A stretch of DNA of 48,339 nt from an uncultured Clostridia bacterium. Lineage in GTDB: Bacteria > Bacillota > Clostridia > TANB77 > CAG-508. Position 1 is the stretch's first letter, and the number at the start of each line of letters is the position of its first letter. The notes beneath the pieces were generated by a model. The model was not told the DNA's origin and ran no database searches. It was given only the letters and a program-made list of their open reading frames with translations. Shown here piece by piece: positions 1 to 10,363 of the stretch. The stretch is from contig CANRBI010000003.1 of assembly GCA_947628775.1 (NCBI GenBank), positions 1 to 48,339 of the forward strand. The letters are read 5' to 3'. Position numbers and translations under genes: made by a program.

Positions 1-62
1 CCATTATTTTCCAAAAAGTGCTATTTTCTAGGACTTTTATTTTTCATGGACTTTTTCCCATA

Positions 63-1334
63 TTATTTTTCAACCTTTTCTCCTATTACTTTTTTGTATA
101 TATTTATAATACTTTCTACATTTTTTTTAGGGTCATGTCTGTTTAATGCTGTCTTTCTAGCAGTTTGTCCTAATTTTATTGCTAGTTTGTCATCTTCAAA
201 TATTTTAGATATATATTCTGCACACATTGCTGGTTCTGTATACGGATATAAGTATCCCTCTTTTTTATGTTCCAAAATATCCATTGTTCCTCCTGTATTT
301 GTAGCTACGCAAGGCATACCTAATAGCATTGCTTCTCCTAAAGAATTTGAACTATTTTCTATTGCAGATGGTAGCACAAACACATTTGTTTTTAATAATA
401 TTTCGATCATTTGTTTTTCATCCAACACGCCAGTAAAAATAATATTCTTTTCTAAATTATATTTTTTTATTAATTTTTGTATATAATTTGCATACCCTGT
501 TCTTTTTAATTTAGCTTTTATCGTTGAATTATCTAATATGTTTTGTCCTGCTACATATAGTTTTATTTGTTTATATCTCTTCTTTAATATTGCTACAGCC
601 TTTATTAAATAATGTAGTCCTTTTATTGGATATAGTCCTTGACTAGAAAACAATCTATATTTCTCTGTATTTTCAACTTTCCATTCATATTTATAAAATT
701 CGTTTCTTAAAGTCTCATTATTTATATAGTATTCCTCATTTAAATTTATACTTTTTGTATTAGCATAATCCCAGAATGTTCGTCCTAATACAATATCTGC
801 TTTATGTATAATTTCTTCTTCAAATTTTCCTCTCTTAGCAAATTTCTTTTTTTGTTGAAATAAATTATCTCTTTTTATAAGGTCTCTAAAAGTTATGTTT
901 TTTACTATTTCTTTATAAGGAATATTGGCTAAATATACTTCACTATAGCATGAAGTCATTCCTTGTATTGATACTATTTTTTTTATTTTTTTATCACATA
1001 CATTTATAAAGGATAAACCATGAGCAAATTCGGTACCATGTATATGTAATATATCTGGCTCGAACTCATCTATTATCTTATTGCAATATTGGTTTATATT
1101 TTTATTATATTTTAAGGCAGGTGCACCTGGTATAAGATAATAGATAATATTACCATCATCATATTTTTTTATTTCATTTCCATTATATACAGTTGCTATA
1201 GCTAATTCTACTTTTCTATCTTTTACTAACTCATTTGCCAATCCTTTAAGCCACCCGCCAAAATTTGTATTATCTATTTTTAATTGTTTTGCTGGATAGG
1301 GAAAAATTATATTTACTATCCATAATATTTTCAT
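63..1334 (-). CDS. Glycosyltransferase, GT4 family (GT-B fold)
   Basis: 423-aa ORF. The C-terminal region 'VLPS..ENSSNSLGEAMLLGMPCVATNTGGTMDIL' is typical of GT4 retaining transferases. It is the last visible gene of the co-directional glycan operon. Confidence 0.75.
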   Translation of the reverse strand: MKILWIVNIIFPYPAKQLKIDNTNFGGWLKGLANELVKDRKVELAIATVYNGNEIKKYDDGNIIYYLIPGAPALKYNKNINQYCNKIIDEFEPDILHIHGTEFAHGLSFINVCDKKIKKIVSIQGMTSCYSEVYLANIPYKEIVKNITFRDLIKRDNLFQQKKKFAKRGKFEEEIIHKADIVLGRTFWDYANTKSINLNEEYYINNETLRNEFYKYEWKVENTEKYRLFSSQGLYPIKGLHYLIKAVAILKKRYKQIKLYVAGQNILDNSTIKAKLKRTGYANYIQKLIKKYNLEKNIIFTGVLDEKQMIEILLKTNVFVLPSAIENSSNSLGEAMLLGMPCVATNTGGTMDILEHKKEGYLYPYTEPAMCAEYISKIFEDDKLAIKLGQTARKTALNRHDPKKNVESIINIYKKVIGEKVEK

Positions 1335-2646
1335 CTTTTTTCCTCCTACAAATTATATTTAACCCAATTAAAACTAAACATGTTACTGTTGTTGATTCTG
1401 CCTGATAATTCCATCTATAAATACTTGAAAATGCGTTCATCATAACATATATAAATAGAATTTCGGAAACCAATGTTTTTTTATTTTTGAAATTTATATA
1501 GCTACATATTAAAAATATTGAGTGTATTACTGGCCCAATAATTGCACCTGCATATCCAAAATCTAAGTAAAAATTCATCATGCATGTATAAAATGCATTA
1601 AAAACACTGTCTTTTCCTATAATTATATTTTCTTGAGTTATTCTTCCAATCATTGAATTAATAGTAATATACTGTTTTCCTAATATTGAAAAAGCCATTC
1701 CCATTAATCCGTCTATACCTCCAAATGTTGCACGTCCTAATTGAAAATTATTTATTCCATTAAATCCACTTTCTAAAAATTTGTCAAAAGCTCTAAACCC
1801 TCCTGTAAAGTATATCACTAGTTGCTTCGCTTGTTCATCAATAACTTCTTCATAAATTTTTTTAAAATCAGTTAACTCTATATTCATTCTGATTGCTGTA
1901 GGTATTATTCCTAAACAAAACATTAACAAAACAATAACTGTTACTAAAAATATCTTTTTCAAATTAATTTTTAGTGGCTTTCTGTTAATATTTATAAAGT
2001 ATGCTACTATTAAATATAAAGCAACTTCATAAATTGACATTCTACCATAACCAATTGTCATATTTAATATAATATTTATAATACCAATAATAACAATAGG
2101 ATGTTTTATTTTTTTTTCTATAAAAAGTATACATGCTATTATTGTAGTACACCTAAATGTTGTTACAACAATATAATTATATAGCCAATATTCAATACCT
2201 GAACTAAAAAAATTCGTGTAAAATAACATTCTCACAGAACTAGGATCAGATACTTCACTAGCAGCCTTGCTATATCTTATAGAATAATATGATAATAATA
2301 GCATTAAAATAATTTGAGTCCATACTATAATTTTCGAATTTTGAATTTCTTTTATTATTCCCTCATAGTTATTCTCCGTTTTTTTAGTATAAAAAGAAAT
2401 GAACAATATTGTAATTAAAGACACTAAGTTTACATTAATAATCCATAAAATATATGCTGTATTTGAAACCTCATACAAATCAAATGGATTTCCCATGGAT
2501 ATAAAAATTATTCCAAAAGAAAAAACCAAATAACAGCTTATTATTCTTTTTAAATATTTCTCTACCTTTAATTTATTTATTATTAACATTAACACTAAAA
2601 CATTTATTATTACTAAAAATTTCATTTGCATTTTCCTCTTAAACAT
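1270..2646 (-). CDS. Polytopic membrane protein, Wzy-like O-antigen/capsule repeat-unit polymerase (tentative)
   Basis: 458-aa ORF with about 10 hydrophobic segments by eye and no enzyme motifs. Its position between glycosyltransferases in a Wzy-dependent type locus supports the call. It overlaps the next gene by 65 nt. Confidence 0.5.
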   Translation of the reverse strand: MFKRKMQMKFLVIINVLVLMLIINKLKVEKYLKRIISCYLVFSFGIIFISMGNPFDLYEVSNTAYILWIINVNLVSLITILFISFYTKKTENNYEGIIKEIQNSKIIVWTQIILMLLLSYYSIRYSKAASEVSDPSSVRMLFYTNFFSSGIEYWLYNYIVVTTFRCTTIIACILFIEKKIKHPIVIIGIINIILNMTIGYGRMSIYEVALYLIVAYFININRKPLKINLKKIFLVTVIVLLMFCLGIIPTAIRMNIELTDFKKIYEEVIDEQAKQLVIYFTGGFRAFDKFLESGFNGINNFQLGRATFGGIDGLMGMAFSILGKQYITINSMIGRITQENIIIGKDSVFNAFYTCMMNFYLDFGYAGAIIGPVIHSIFLICSYINFKNKKTLVSEILFIYVMMNAFSSIYRWNYQAESTTVTCLVLIGLNIICRRKKDENIMDSKYNFSLSSKTIKNR

Positions 2647-2721
2647 TTTATATTGTACTATATTTGTTAAACATAGTCATTTTTTCTTTTGCTAAATTAT
2701 TAGCTTTCTTTCAAAATTTTG

Positions 2722-4050
2722 TCAACTTTTAATCATTTTATTTTGAACTTTATTTTTATTATTATAATATGAGTGATTTCTCAAAGCTATTTCTTTTCCG
2801 TTTTTTATATATGTTTTCCTAAGCTCTTTATTCTCTATTATGCATAATAACTCATTTTTTAATTTTTCTATTTTTATATCTGTGATAACTTTACCTATCT
2901 TATTATCCTTAATATATTTAATTGATGCTACATCTTCAGGTCCTACTGCTAATATACATCTCTCTGATAATAAGTATTCCGGTATTTTAGTTGAAACTGA
3001 TAATCTAGTTATTCTTTTATTTTTTCTATCAAACGCCTCCACATGTACTAAAATATCCGAATTATTTCGTACTTTTATTAATTTTTCTGAGCTTAAACTT
3101 CCTTTATATTCTGAACTACCTTCAATATTGAGTTTATCAAGAATTTTTTTACTTGGTTTATTTATAGAATATATTTCCAGAAAAGCATTTATTTTCTTTT
3201 CTTTTTTTAATTCTTTTATAGCAATTCCAATTTTACTTAATATTTTCCATCTATTTAATCCTAAATTGCCGGCATATATTAATCTTATCGTTTTGTTATT
3301 TATTTTACTATATGGTACTATATTGTCTTTTAAATCTATACTATTCATTGCAACTTCATATTTACCACCAAATCTCTTTTTATATTCATTTGCCATCATT
3401 TCTCCAATTGCAAAAACACATTCAGTTTTATTAACTAACATTTGGTATCTTCTTATCAATTTGTTAATATTAAATAGATAAAATGGGTCTACTGAAAAAT
3501 GTTTTGTTACATAGTCATCTGTAGTTTCCATAAATAATTTTGTATTATATTTATTGCAAATTTCATTTACCATATCGAAAACAGCATATGAATTACTAGA
3601 CTGAAAAAAAATGATTTCAGGTTTAAATTCTTCCAACCATTCTTCAACTCCTTGGTTATTCCATGGTCTTATTTTTCTCCATACCATATTTCTAAAAAAG
3701 TCAATTATTGGTAATCTTTTTAATGCTAAATTTCTTATCAACCTATAAATTTTATTTTTATGCAATATCTCTTTTTCATTTTTTACAATATTACTTTTAT
3801 TTACCTTTGAACCAGCTTCCTTCTTTTTTAATAATTGTTTTAATACCTCTATATCCATAACCCTATAAAAATTTTCACATACTGTAAAACTTGGTTCATC
3901 TGGAGTAAGATATAGTTGTGCTATTCTATCTTTCGGCCATCCTTCAAAAAAGGCTGATAAAGTTTTTCCATTATTTTGAATATCTGAAAATGGATTATGT
4001 GCTATTACTAATACCTTAGGGTATTCTTTTTCCATATTCATTTCCCCCAA
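2722..4050 (-). CDS. Putative glycosyltransferase (GT-B like), function unclear
   Basis: 442-aa ORF. The N-terminus 'VLVIAHNPFSD..NGKT' and C-terminal half 'RLIYAGNLG...ILVHVE...STKIPEYL' resemble GT1/GT4-like folds. The true start may be the internal MEKEYP methionine. Confidence 0.45.
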   Translation of the reverse strand: MGEMNMEKEYPKVLVIAHNPFSDIQNNGKTLSAFFEGWPKDRIAQLYLTPDEPSFTVCENFYRVMDIEVLKQLLKKKEAGSKVNKSNIVKNEKEILHKNKIYRLIRNLALKRLPIIDFFRNMVWRKIRPWNNQGVEEWLEEFKPEIIFFQSSNSYAVFDMVNEICNKYNTKLFMETTDDYVTKHFSVDPFYLFNINKLIRRYQMLVNKTECVFAIGEMMANEYKKRFGGKYEVAMNSIDLKDNIVPYSKINNKTIRLIYAGNLGLNRWKILSKIGIAIKELKKEKKINAFLEIYSINKPSKKILDKLNIEGSSEYKGSLSSEKLIKVRNNSDILVHVEAFDRKNKRITRLSVSTKIPEYLLSERCILAVGPEDVASIKYIKDNKIGKVITDIKIEKLKNELLCIIENKELRKTYIKNGKEIALRNHSYYNNKNKVQNKMIKS

Positions 4051-5204
4051 ACTGTTCTATTTACTATATCTGTATAACTTTGTATTATTTTTACTACTTT
4101 TACTGAAACATTAGTATCCGCATAATCTTCTGCCATTACAACTTCTTCTTTATTGTCCCTCATTGATACTGTTAGCTCTAATGCTTGTTCTACTGTTTTA
4201 TCTGTAATACCACCTATTACTACAGAGCCTTTATCTAAAACTTCCGGTCTTTCTGTAGATGTTCTGATTAGTACTCCTGCAAAACCTAACATTGCACTTT
4301 CTTCAGATAGTGTACCACTGTCTGATAGAACGCAATATGCATTTTTTTGTAATTTGTTGTAATCTATAAATCCAAAAGGTTTTAAATTTTGCACTAATGG
4401 ATGGAATTTAAAATTTCTTTTTTCTATATATTTTTTACTTCTAGGATGTGTAGAATATATAATTGGCATTTGGTATTTTTCCGCTATATCATTTATTGCA
4501 TTCATTAATGACATAAAGTTTTCTTTATTGTCTATATTTTCTTCACGATGTGCAGAAAGTAATATATATTTATTTTTTTCTAATCCTAACCTTTCTAGCA
4601 CATCACTTTTTTCTATTTTTTCACTATGGTCTCTTAATACTTCTCTCATTGGTGAGCCTGTTACAAATATTGTTTTTCCATCTAGTCCTTCTGATAATAA
4701 ATATCTTCTTGAATGTTCTGTATACGGTAAATTTATATCTGATATATGATCAACTATTTTTCGGTTTATCATTTCAGATACATTCCAATCCCAACATCTA
4801 TTCCCTGCTTCCATATGAAATATTGGAATGTGCAATCTTTTTGCACTTATAGCAGATAAACAACTATTTGTATCGCCAAGTATTAATAATGCATCTGGTT
4901 TAATTTGTTTCATTAATTTATATGAATTAGCAATTATATTTCCTACTGTTTCTCCTAAATCATTTCCTACTGTATCTAAGTATATTTCTGGCTCTTTCAA
5001 TCTTAAATCTTTAAAAAAGATACCATTTAAATTGTAATCATAATTTTGACCGGTATGAGCTAAAATACAGTCAAAATATTTTCTGCATTTAGTTATTACA
5101 GCTGATAATCTTATTATCTCTGGTCTAGTTCCAACTATAATAAGTAATTTTAATTTACCATTTTCTTTCCACTTTATTTCTTCATACTTTCCTTTTACTT
5201 CCAT
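4038..5204 (-). CDS. fnlC: UDP-N-acetylglucosamine 2-epimerase (non-hydrolysing), FnlC/Cap5G type
   Basis: 388 aa. 'LLIIVGTRPEIIRLS', 'LGDTNS' and 'HMEAGNR' are WecB/Cap5G family hallmarks. It sits in the same operon as fnlA and fnlB homologues. Confidence 0.8.
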   Translation of the reverse strand: MEVKGKYEEIKWKENGKLKLLIIVGTRPEIIRLSAVITKCRKYFDCILAHTGQNYDYNLNGIFFKDLRLKEPEIYLDTVGNDLGETVGNIIANSYKLMKQIKPDALLILGDTNSCLSAISAKRLHIPIFHMEAGNRCWDWNVSEMINRKIVDHISDINLPYTEHSRRYLLSEGLDGKTIFVTGSPMREVLRDHSEKIEKSDVLERLGLEKNKYILLSAHREENIDNKENFMSLMNAINDIAEKYQMPIIYSTHPRSKKYIEKRNFKFHPLVQNLKPFGFIDYNKLQKNAYCVLSDSGTLSEESAMLGFAGVLIRTSTERPEVLDKGSVVIGGITDKTVEQALELTVSMRDNKEEVVMAEDYADTNVSVKVVKIIQSYTDIVNRTVWGK

Positions 5205-5212
5205 ATAACCTC

Positions 5213-6943
5213 CTATTTATCCAAATCAAAAATTAAATTAAAATCAATAAGTTTAGATAAGTAAATAGCACCATTTTTAGTTAAATGCCTGCAATCTTGA
5301 CTTATAAATTTATTATCATTTGTAAACACATTTACAGTACCATCACTATTTTGCAATAACTCTAATATATTAATATAATTATTTCCCCACTTTTTAGCAT
5401 ATTGTGTATTTAAATCTAAAATGTCTTTAGTTGGCAAAACTGTTTGTTTAAAGTAATTATCTAGATTTCTTCTAAAATAAAATCTTTCATTTGTTTTACC
5501 GAAATTTTTTGTACCTATTCCGAAAATTTTAGAAGTATCTACATTTTTTAATATAATTTCTGGAACTTCACTCTTATCACCATAAATTAAAACATAATCA
5601 CTTTTTTTAACTTCATCTTCATTTAATGTACTATAATCAAAATGATATTGAATGTTAAATTTTTCACTATAATTTGATTCAAGAATTATATTAGCAAAAT
5701 CTCTAGCAAAACTGTTACCGATTATTAATACATTGTATTTATCATTAATCTCAAAATTTTTATTATAATTATATATTCTATCACAATATTCTGCATGCAT
5801 ACCACGTGACACGTTTGTTTTTTCAATATCCAACTCTGGTACATTTCTTACTACACCAGCGTTTAAATATACTAAAAATGAAAGCACTATGATAAATATA
5901 TCAGTTAGAATCAACGATAGTATATATAATGGTTTTTTGTTATACCTTTTAGTAATTACCCTTTCTAATATATAATAGCTAATTAAAGAAACTATAATAG
6001 TTAAAATTAATGTTAAAATAATTGAGAAAACATTATCTATATCAGATACATAGCATCTATAAAACGCAAAAATAATCTGATGCCAAATATAAAAACTATA
6101 TGTTTTTTCACTTATAAAATTCCATACTTTAGAGCCAATGTTAAATTTATTATCTAATAGTATAATAAATCCTGTTAGAAACACAGTTAAAATTAAATTC
6201 AAACCACCATCGAGTATAGTTGGAAAAACTGTTAGCATTAATATTAAAATAATTCTTGAACAAATTCCAACAATGCTTTTTAAATTATCATTTAATTTGA
6301 ATTTTTTTGAAAAGCTATAACAAAGACCACCTATTAAAAATTCAAATAATCTAAATGGTAAATAGTAAAATTTATAATATTCCGGGATAGAAGGAATAAA
6401 ATATAGTACTAAAGATATTCCCGCTATTATAGATAATACTATTTTTATATTTAATTCATAATTACCTTTTTTGGACTTCTTTTTAATAAGTCTCATTATG
6501 AAAGGAAATATTAAATAAAATTCAACTAATATTCCCAAATACCACAAATGGTATAGAGGTTTATAAGAGTTAACGATATCCCAATAATTTTTAGTAGTTA
6601 AAGCAGATAATATATTATTAGAAAAAAGATTTGAAGCTATAATTGATTCAGATAAATTTTCAAAATCATCTGGTAACATTCCAACAAATAATGCTATCAA
6701 AAAAGTCACTAATGTTCCCATTAATACTACTGGCATTAATCTAACTAATTTACCACAAAAGAAATCTTTATATGAAAATTTTTCTTCATCATTCTTTTTA
6801 GCTAATGATTTAGTTGTTAAAAAACCTGCAACAACCAGAAATATATCTACTCCTAAATAACCATTTTTTAATAAATCCATATGAAATAATATAACAGCAA
6901 TTATAGCTATAGTTTTCAGGAAATTTATATCGTTTCTTTTCAT
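5213..6943 (-). CDS. Acyltransferase family 3 membrane protein with C-terminal SGNH-like domain (OafA/YrhL-type O-acyltransferase)
   Basis: The N-terminus 'INFLKTIAIIAVILFHM' followed by multiple TM segments matches acyltransferase_3, and a soluble extension of about 200 aa follows. The start was moved to the internal ATG at 6943, which abuts the fnlB stop. The track ORF starts at 6994. Confidence 0.7.
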   Translation of the reverse strand: MKRNDINFLKTIAIIAVILFHMDLLKNGYLGVDIFLVVAGFLTTKSLAKKNDEEKFSYKDFFCGKLVRLMPVVLMGTLVTFLIALFVGMLPDDFENLSESIIASNLFSNNILSALTTKNYWDIVNSYKPLYHLWYLGILVEFYLIFPFIMRLIKKKSKKGNYELNIKIVLSIIAGISLVLYFIPSIPEYYKFYYLPFRLFEFLIGGLCYSFSKKFKLNDNLKSIVGICSRIILILMLTVFPTILDGGLNLILTVFLTGFIILLDNKFNIGSKVWNFISEKTYSFYIWHQIIFAFYRCYVSDIDNVFSIILTLILTIIVSLISYYILERVITKRYNKKPLYILSLILTDIFIIVLSFLVYLNAGVVRNVPELDIEKTNVSRGMHAEYCDRIYNYNKNFEINDKYNVLIIGNSFARDFANIILESNYSEKFNIQYHFDYSTLNEDEVKKSDYVLIYGDKSEVPEIILKNVDTSKIFGIGTKNFGKTNERFYFRRNLDNYFKQTVLPTKDILDLNTQYAKKWGNNYINILELLQNSDGTVNVFTNDNKFISQDCRHLTKNGAIYLSKLIDFNLIFDLDK

Positions 6944-6944
6944 T

Positions 6945-8054
6945 CTATACCTCCATAAAATAAGTATCTGGTTTATTTGGGTCAAATACTTCATTTGCCC
7001 ACATTATTGTTACCATATCTGTATCGCCAATGTTTTCTATATTATGTGTGTAACCACATGGTATATCTACTATTTCTATCTTATCTCCACTAACTTTATA
7101 TTCTATCACTTCATTAGAATCTATTTTTCTAAATCTAATTATTCCCTTTCCTGAAACTACAACAAACTTTTCGTTTTTAGTATGGTGCCAGTGGTTTCCT
7201 TTGGTAATACCTGGTTTTGAAATATTTACTGAAACTTGCCCTCTTTCTTGTGTTTTAAATAATTCTGTGAAAGATCCTCTTTCGTCTATGTTCATCTTTA
7301 CTTGGTAACTAAATTCATCTTTTGGCAAATAGCTTAAATATGTGCTATATAATTTCTTTTCAAATCCATCTTGCATGTTTGGTAGTTGTAAACTTTTTCT
7401 TGAATCTCTAAAACTTTCTATTAGTTTTGCTATTTCTCCCAATTTTATTGTATGTGTTACTGGTATAAATCCATAACCTTTTTCTATGCTTGCATTTCCA
7501 TTCATAGCATTTATAAATTCTTCTAATACATCATCTATGTATGCTAAGTTCATTACTACTTCTGGGTCATTTATTTTTATTGGTAAGTTGTTTGCTATAT
7601 TGTTGCAAAATGTTGCAACTACACTGTTATAGTTTGGTCTACACCATTTACCAAATAAATTTGTAAGTCTATATACATATACTTTTACGTTATTTTCTTT
7701 AGAGTAATTAAACATTAAATCTTCGCCAGCTTTTTTAGATTTTCCATAAGGATTATCTAATTTTGCTTGTATTGATGATGTTATTAATATTGGGCTTTTG
7801 TTATTATTCTTTTTTAGGTTATCTAATAAGGTAGAAGTAAAACCAAAATTCCCTTTCATAAAGTCTTCTTCATTTTCTGGTCTATTTACACCTGCTAAGT
7901 GGAATACAAATTCACACTGCTTTGTATATTCTTCTAATTCTTGTTTAGTTGTATCTATATCGCACTCAAAAATTTCATTATAATTTCTATTTTTTAATTC
8001 TGCTACTAGATTTTTTCCTACAAAACCTTTAGCACCTGTTACTAAAATTTTCAT
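6945..8054 (-). CDS. fnlB: UDP-2-acetamido-2,6-dideoxy-beta-L-talose 4-dehydrogenase/reductase, FnlB/CapF type (SDR plus C-terminal cupin)
   Basis: 369 aa. The N-terminus 'MKILVTGAKGFVGKNL' is a Rossmann fold, and the C-terminal 'GITKGNHWHHTKNEKF' is cupin-like as in Cap5F. The gene is adjacent to fnlA. Confidence 0.8.
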   Translation of the reverse strand: MKILVTGAKGFVGKNLVAELKNRNYNEIFECDIDTTKQELEEYTKQCEFVFHLAGVNRPENEEDFMKGNFGFTSTLLDNLKKNNNKSPILITSSIQAKLDNPYGKSKKAGEDLMFNYSKENNVKVYVYRLTNLFGKWCRPNYNSVVATFCNNIANNLPIKINDPEVVMNLAYIDDVLEEFINAMNGNASIEKGYGFIPVTHTIKLGEIAKLIESFRDSRKSLQLPNMQDGFEKKLYSTYLSYLPKDEFSYQVKMNIDERGSFTELFKTQERGQVSVNISKPGITKGNHWHHTKNEKFVVVSGKGIIRFRKIDSNEVIEYKVSGDKIEIVDIPCGYTHNIENIGDTDMVTIMWANEVFDPNKPDTYFMEV

Positions 8055-8071
8055 AATTTTTCTCCAATCTT

Positions 8072-9136
8072 TTAGTTTGCTCCAAATAATTCATTTGCTC
8101 TTGTTTGAGCATTACCTGTGTTTATATTTTTTAATTCGTTTTGTATGTAATCTAGTTTTAATAGTTTTTCTTTTACTTGTTCAACATTTAATAAATCTGT
8201 ATTATTTGAATTAAATTCTGTTAGTTTATTTCTTTCTTCATTTCCTTCTACATAATATTTATCATAATTTAAGTCTCTTTTATCACATGGTACTCTATAG
8301 AAATTTCCCATATCTATTGCATGTACACATTCTTCATTTGTTAATAATGTTTCATACATTTTTTCTCCATGTCTTATTCCTATTATTTTTGTTTCTTGGT
8401 GTGCTACTCCAAACAATTCTTTTACTGCTTGTGCTAATACTTCTATTGTACAAGCAGGTGCTTTTTGTACCATAATGTCTCCTGCATTTGCATTTTGAAA
8501 TGCAAATACTACAAGTTCTACCGCTTCTTCTAGGCTCATTATAAATCTTGTCATTTTTGGTTCTGTAATTGTTAATGATTTTCCTGCTTTTATTTGTTCA
8601 ATAAATAAAGGAATAACTGAACCTCTTGAACACATTACATTTCCATATCTTGTTGCACATATTGTTGTTTTTTCAGGGTCTACTGTTCTTGATTTTGCAA
8701 CTATTACTTTTTCCATCATTGCTTTAGATGTTCCCATTGCATTTACTGGATATGCAGCTTTATCTGTTGAAAGACATATTACTTTTTTTACTCCTTCTTC
8801 AATTGCTGCTGTTAATACATTTTCTGTTCCTAGTACATTTGTTTTTACTGCTTCTAATGGAAAAAATTCACAACTTGGTACTTGCTTTAGTGCTGCTGCA
8901 TGGAAAATATAATCAACTCCGTGCATAGCATTTTTTACACTTGGTAAGTCTCTGACATCTCCTATGTAGAATTTAATTTTATCGTTGTGATATTCTTTTC
9001 TCATATCATCTTGCTTTTTTTCATCACGTGAGAATATCCTTATTTCCCCTATATCTGTATCTAAAAATCTATTTAATACAGCATGTCCAAATGAACCAGT
9101 TCCTCCTGTTATTAATAATGTTTTTCCTTTAAACAT
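8072..9136 (-). CDS. fnlA: UDP-N-acetylglucosamine 4,6-dehydratase/5-epimerase, FnlA/CapE type
   Basis: 354 aa. 'LLITGGTGSFG...IRIFSRDEKKQDDMRKEY...FYIGDVRD...HAAALKQVPSCEFFPLEAVKTNVLGTENV...CLSTDKAAYPVNAMGTSKAMMEK' is near-colinear with staphylococcal Cap5E/CapE as I remember it. Confidence 0.9.
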   Translation of the reverse strand: MFKGKTLLITGGTGSFGHAVLNRFLDTDIGEIRIFSRDEKKQDDMRKEYHNDKIKFYIGDVRDLPSVKNAMHGVDYIFHAAALKQVPSCEFFPLEAVKTNVLGTENVLTAAIEEGVKKVICLSTDKAAYPVNAMGTSKAMMEKVIVAKSRTVDPEKTTICATRYGNVMCSRGSVIPLFIEQIKAGKSLTITEPKMTRFIMSLEEAVELVVFAFQNANAGDIMVQKAPACTIEVLAQAVKELFGVAHQETKIIGIRHGEKMYETLLTNEECVHAIDMGNFYRVPCDKRDLNYDKYYVEGNEERNKLTEFNSNNTDLLNVEQVKEKLLKLDYIQNELKNINTGNAQTRANELFGAN

Positions 9137-10352
9137 TTTGTTCCTCCTCTTTTATTCTTTTATATGCTCTCTCTAAAATTTCAACTGATTTTTCAGGTAT
9201 TAATTCAGTTTCTAAATATTTTCTTCCGTTGTTACCTAGCTTAGTTCTTAAATCTTTATTTTCTATTAATCTGTCAAATTGTTGTTTGAATTCTTTTATA
9301 TTATTAGATTCACACCATAAACCAACTTCATTTTTTTCTATAATATCTTTGTAGTCTGTATTTTTATCTGTTGCAGCCATTATTGGAATACTATTTTCAA
9401 AATATGAAAGTGTTCTTGATGGTATATTTGGAATTGTAAATCTGTAGTCTAAAAATACAAACCCTATATCTGCTTGTTGCAATATCTGAGAGTATTCATC
9501 TCTAGGAATAAAATCAAATATTATTGCATTTTCTATGTTGTTTTCTTTTATGTGATTTTCTAACTTTTTCTTTTCAGTCCCTTCTCCAAAAAATGCAAAA
9601 GTTACTTTTTCATTATCTTTATATTCATCTAATATTTTTTCTATAAATGAAACTCCTTGAGGTCTTCCAAAATTTCCACCATATATTGCTAATACTGTAT
9701 TCTTTGGAATTTTATATTTTTCTTTTATATTGCTATTATCTATAATCTTTTCTTGTGTACATTTCATTGTGTTTGGAAATATTTCTAGCTTGTCCTTTGT
9801 TAAATATTTATTATGTTTTAGTAGATAATCTATATTACCTTGTGACATACATCCAATCACAGTTGCTGTTTTATACATTCTCTTTTCTTTAAATCTAAAA
9901 TACCAATATGCTGGATTAATTTTGGTCATTATTTTTAAATCTATTGCGTTTTGTGGGAATATATCCTTTTGCATTAAATATGACATTGCATCGTATTTTT
10001 TCATTGCAAACTTAATCACACTTCCTAAAGTTATCGGTGGAGCCATAAAAAGTATTAAATCAAATTGTTCATTTGGTAAAAACTCTTTTATTGCTTTTTT
10101 TAATTTACTTTGCAAAGTTATAAATGAAATTGCTTTTTCTATAATACTTACATTATATAAGTTACCTGTTTTTACTCTTAAACATTCAATTTCTCGTTCA
10201 ATAGTTATTTGGGTTTTTTCAATTTTTCTTTTTTCTGTTGCCACAACTATTTTTATATTATACTTTTTTGCTATTTCTTCTGCTAAATCTGTATATATAT
10301 TATCTCCATCTTTTTCAAATGGAAATGATGGTGTTATGTACAATACTTTCAA
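9129..10352 (-). CDS. Glycosyltransferase GT4 family (WbuB-like, possible L-FucNAc transferase)
   Basis: 407-aa GT-B-like ORF located immediately upstream of fnlA, as WbuB/Cap5L-type transferases usually are. Confidence 0.6.
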   Translation of the reverse strand: MKVLYITPSFPFEKDGDNIYTDLAEEIAKKYNIKIVVATEKRKIEKTQITIEREIECLRVKTGNLYNVSIIEKAISFITLQSKLKKAIKEFLPNEQFDLILFMAPPITLGSVIKFAMKKYDAMSYLMQKDIFPQNAIDLKIMTKINPAYWYFRFKEKRMYKTATVIGCMSQGNIDYLLKHNKYLTKDKLEIFPNTMKCTQEKIIDNSNIKEKYKIPKNTVLAIYGGNFGRPQGVSFIEKILDEYKDNEKVTFAFFGEGTEKKKLENHIKENNIENAIIFDFIPRDEYSQILQQADIGFVFLDYRFTIPNIPSRTLSYFENSIPIMAATDKNTDYKDIIEKNEVGLWCESNNIKEFKQQFDRLIENKDLRTKLGNNGRKYLETELIPEKSVEILERAYKRIKEEEQNV

Positions 10353-10363
10353 TTTTTTCTCCT

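Noticed and set aside
1-62. A possible gene start at the left edge (ATG at 45-47 on the minus strand).
   Set aside because: The frame reaches a stop after 8 codons, so this is probably just the intergenic tail after the last glycosyltransferase.
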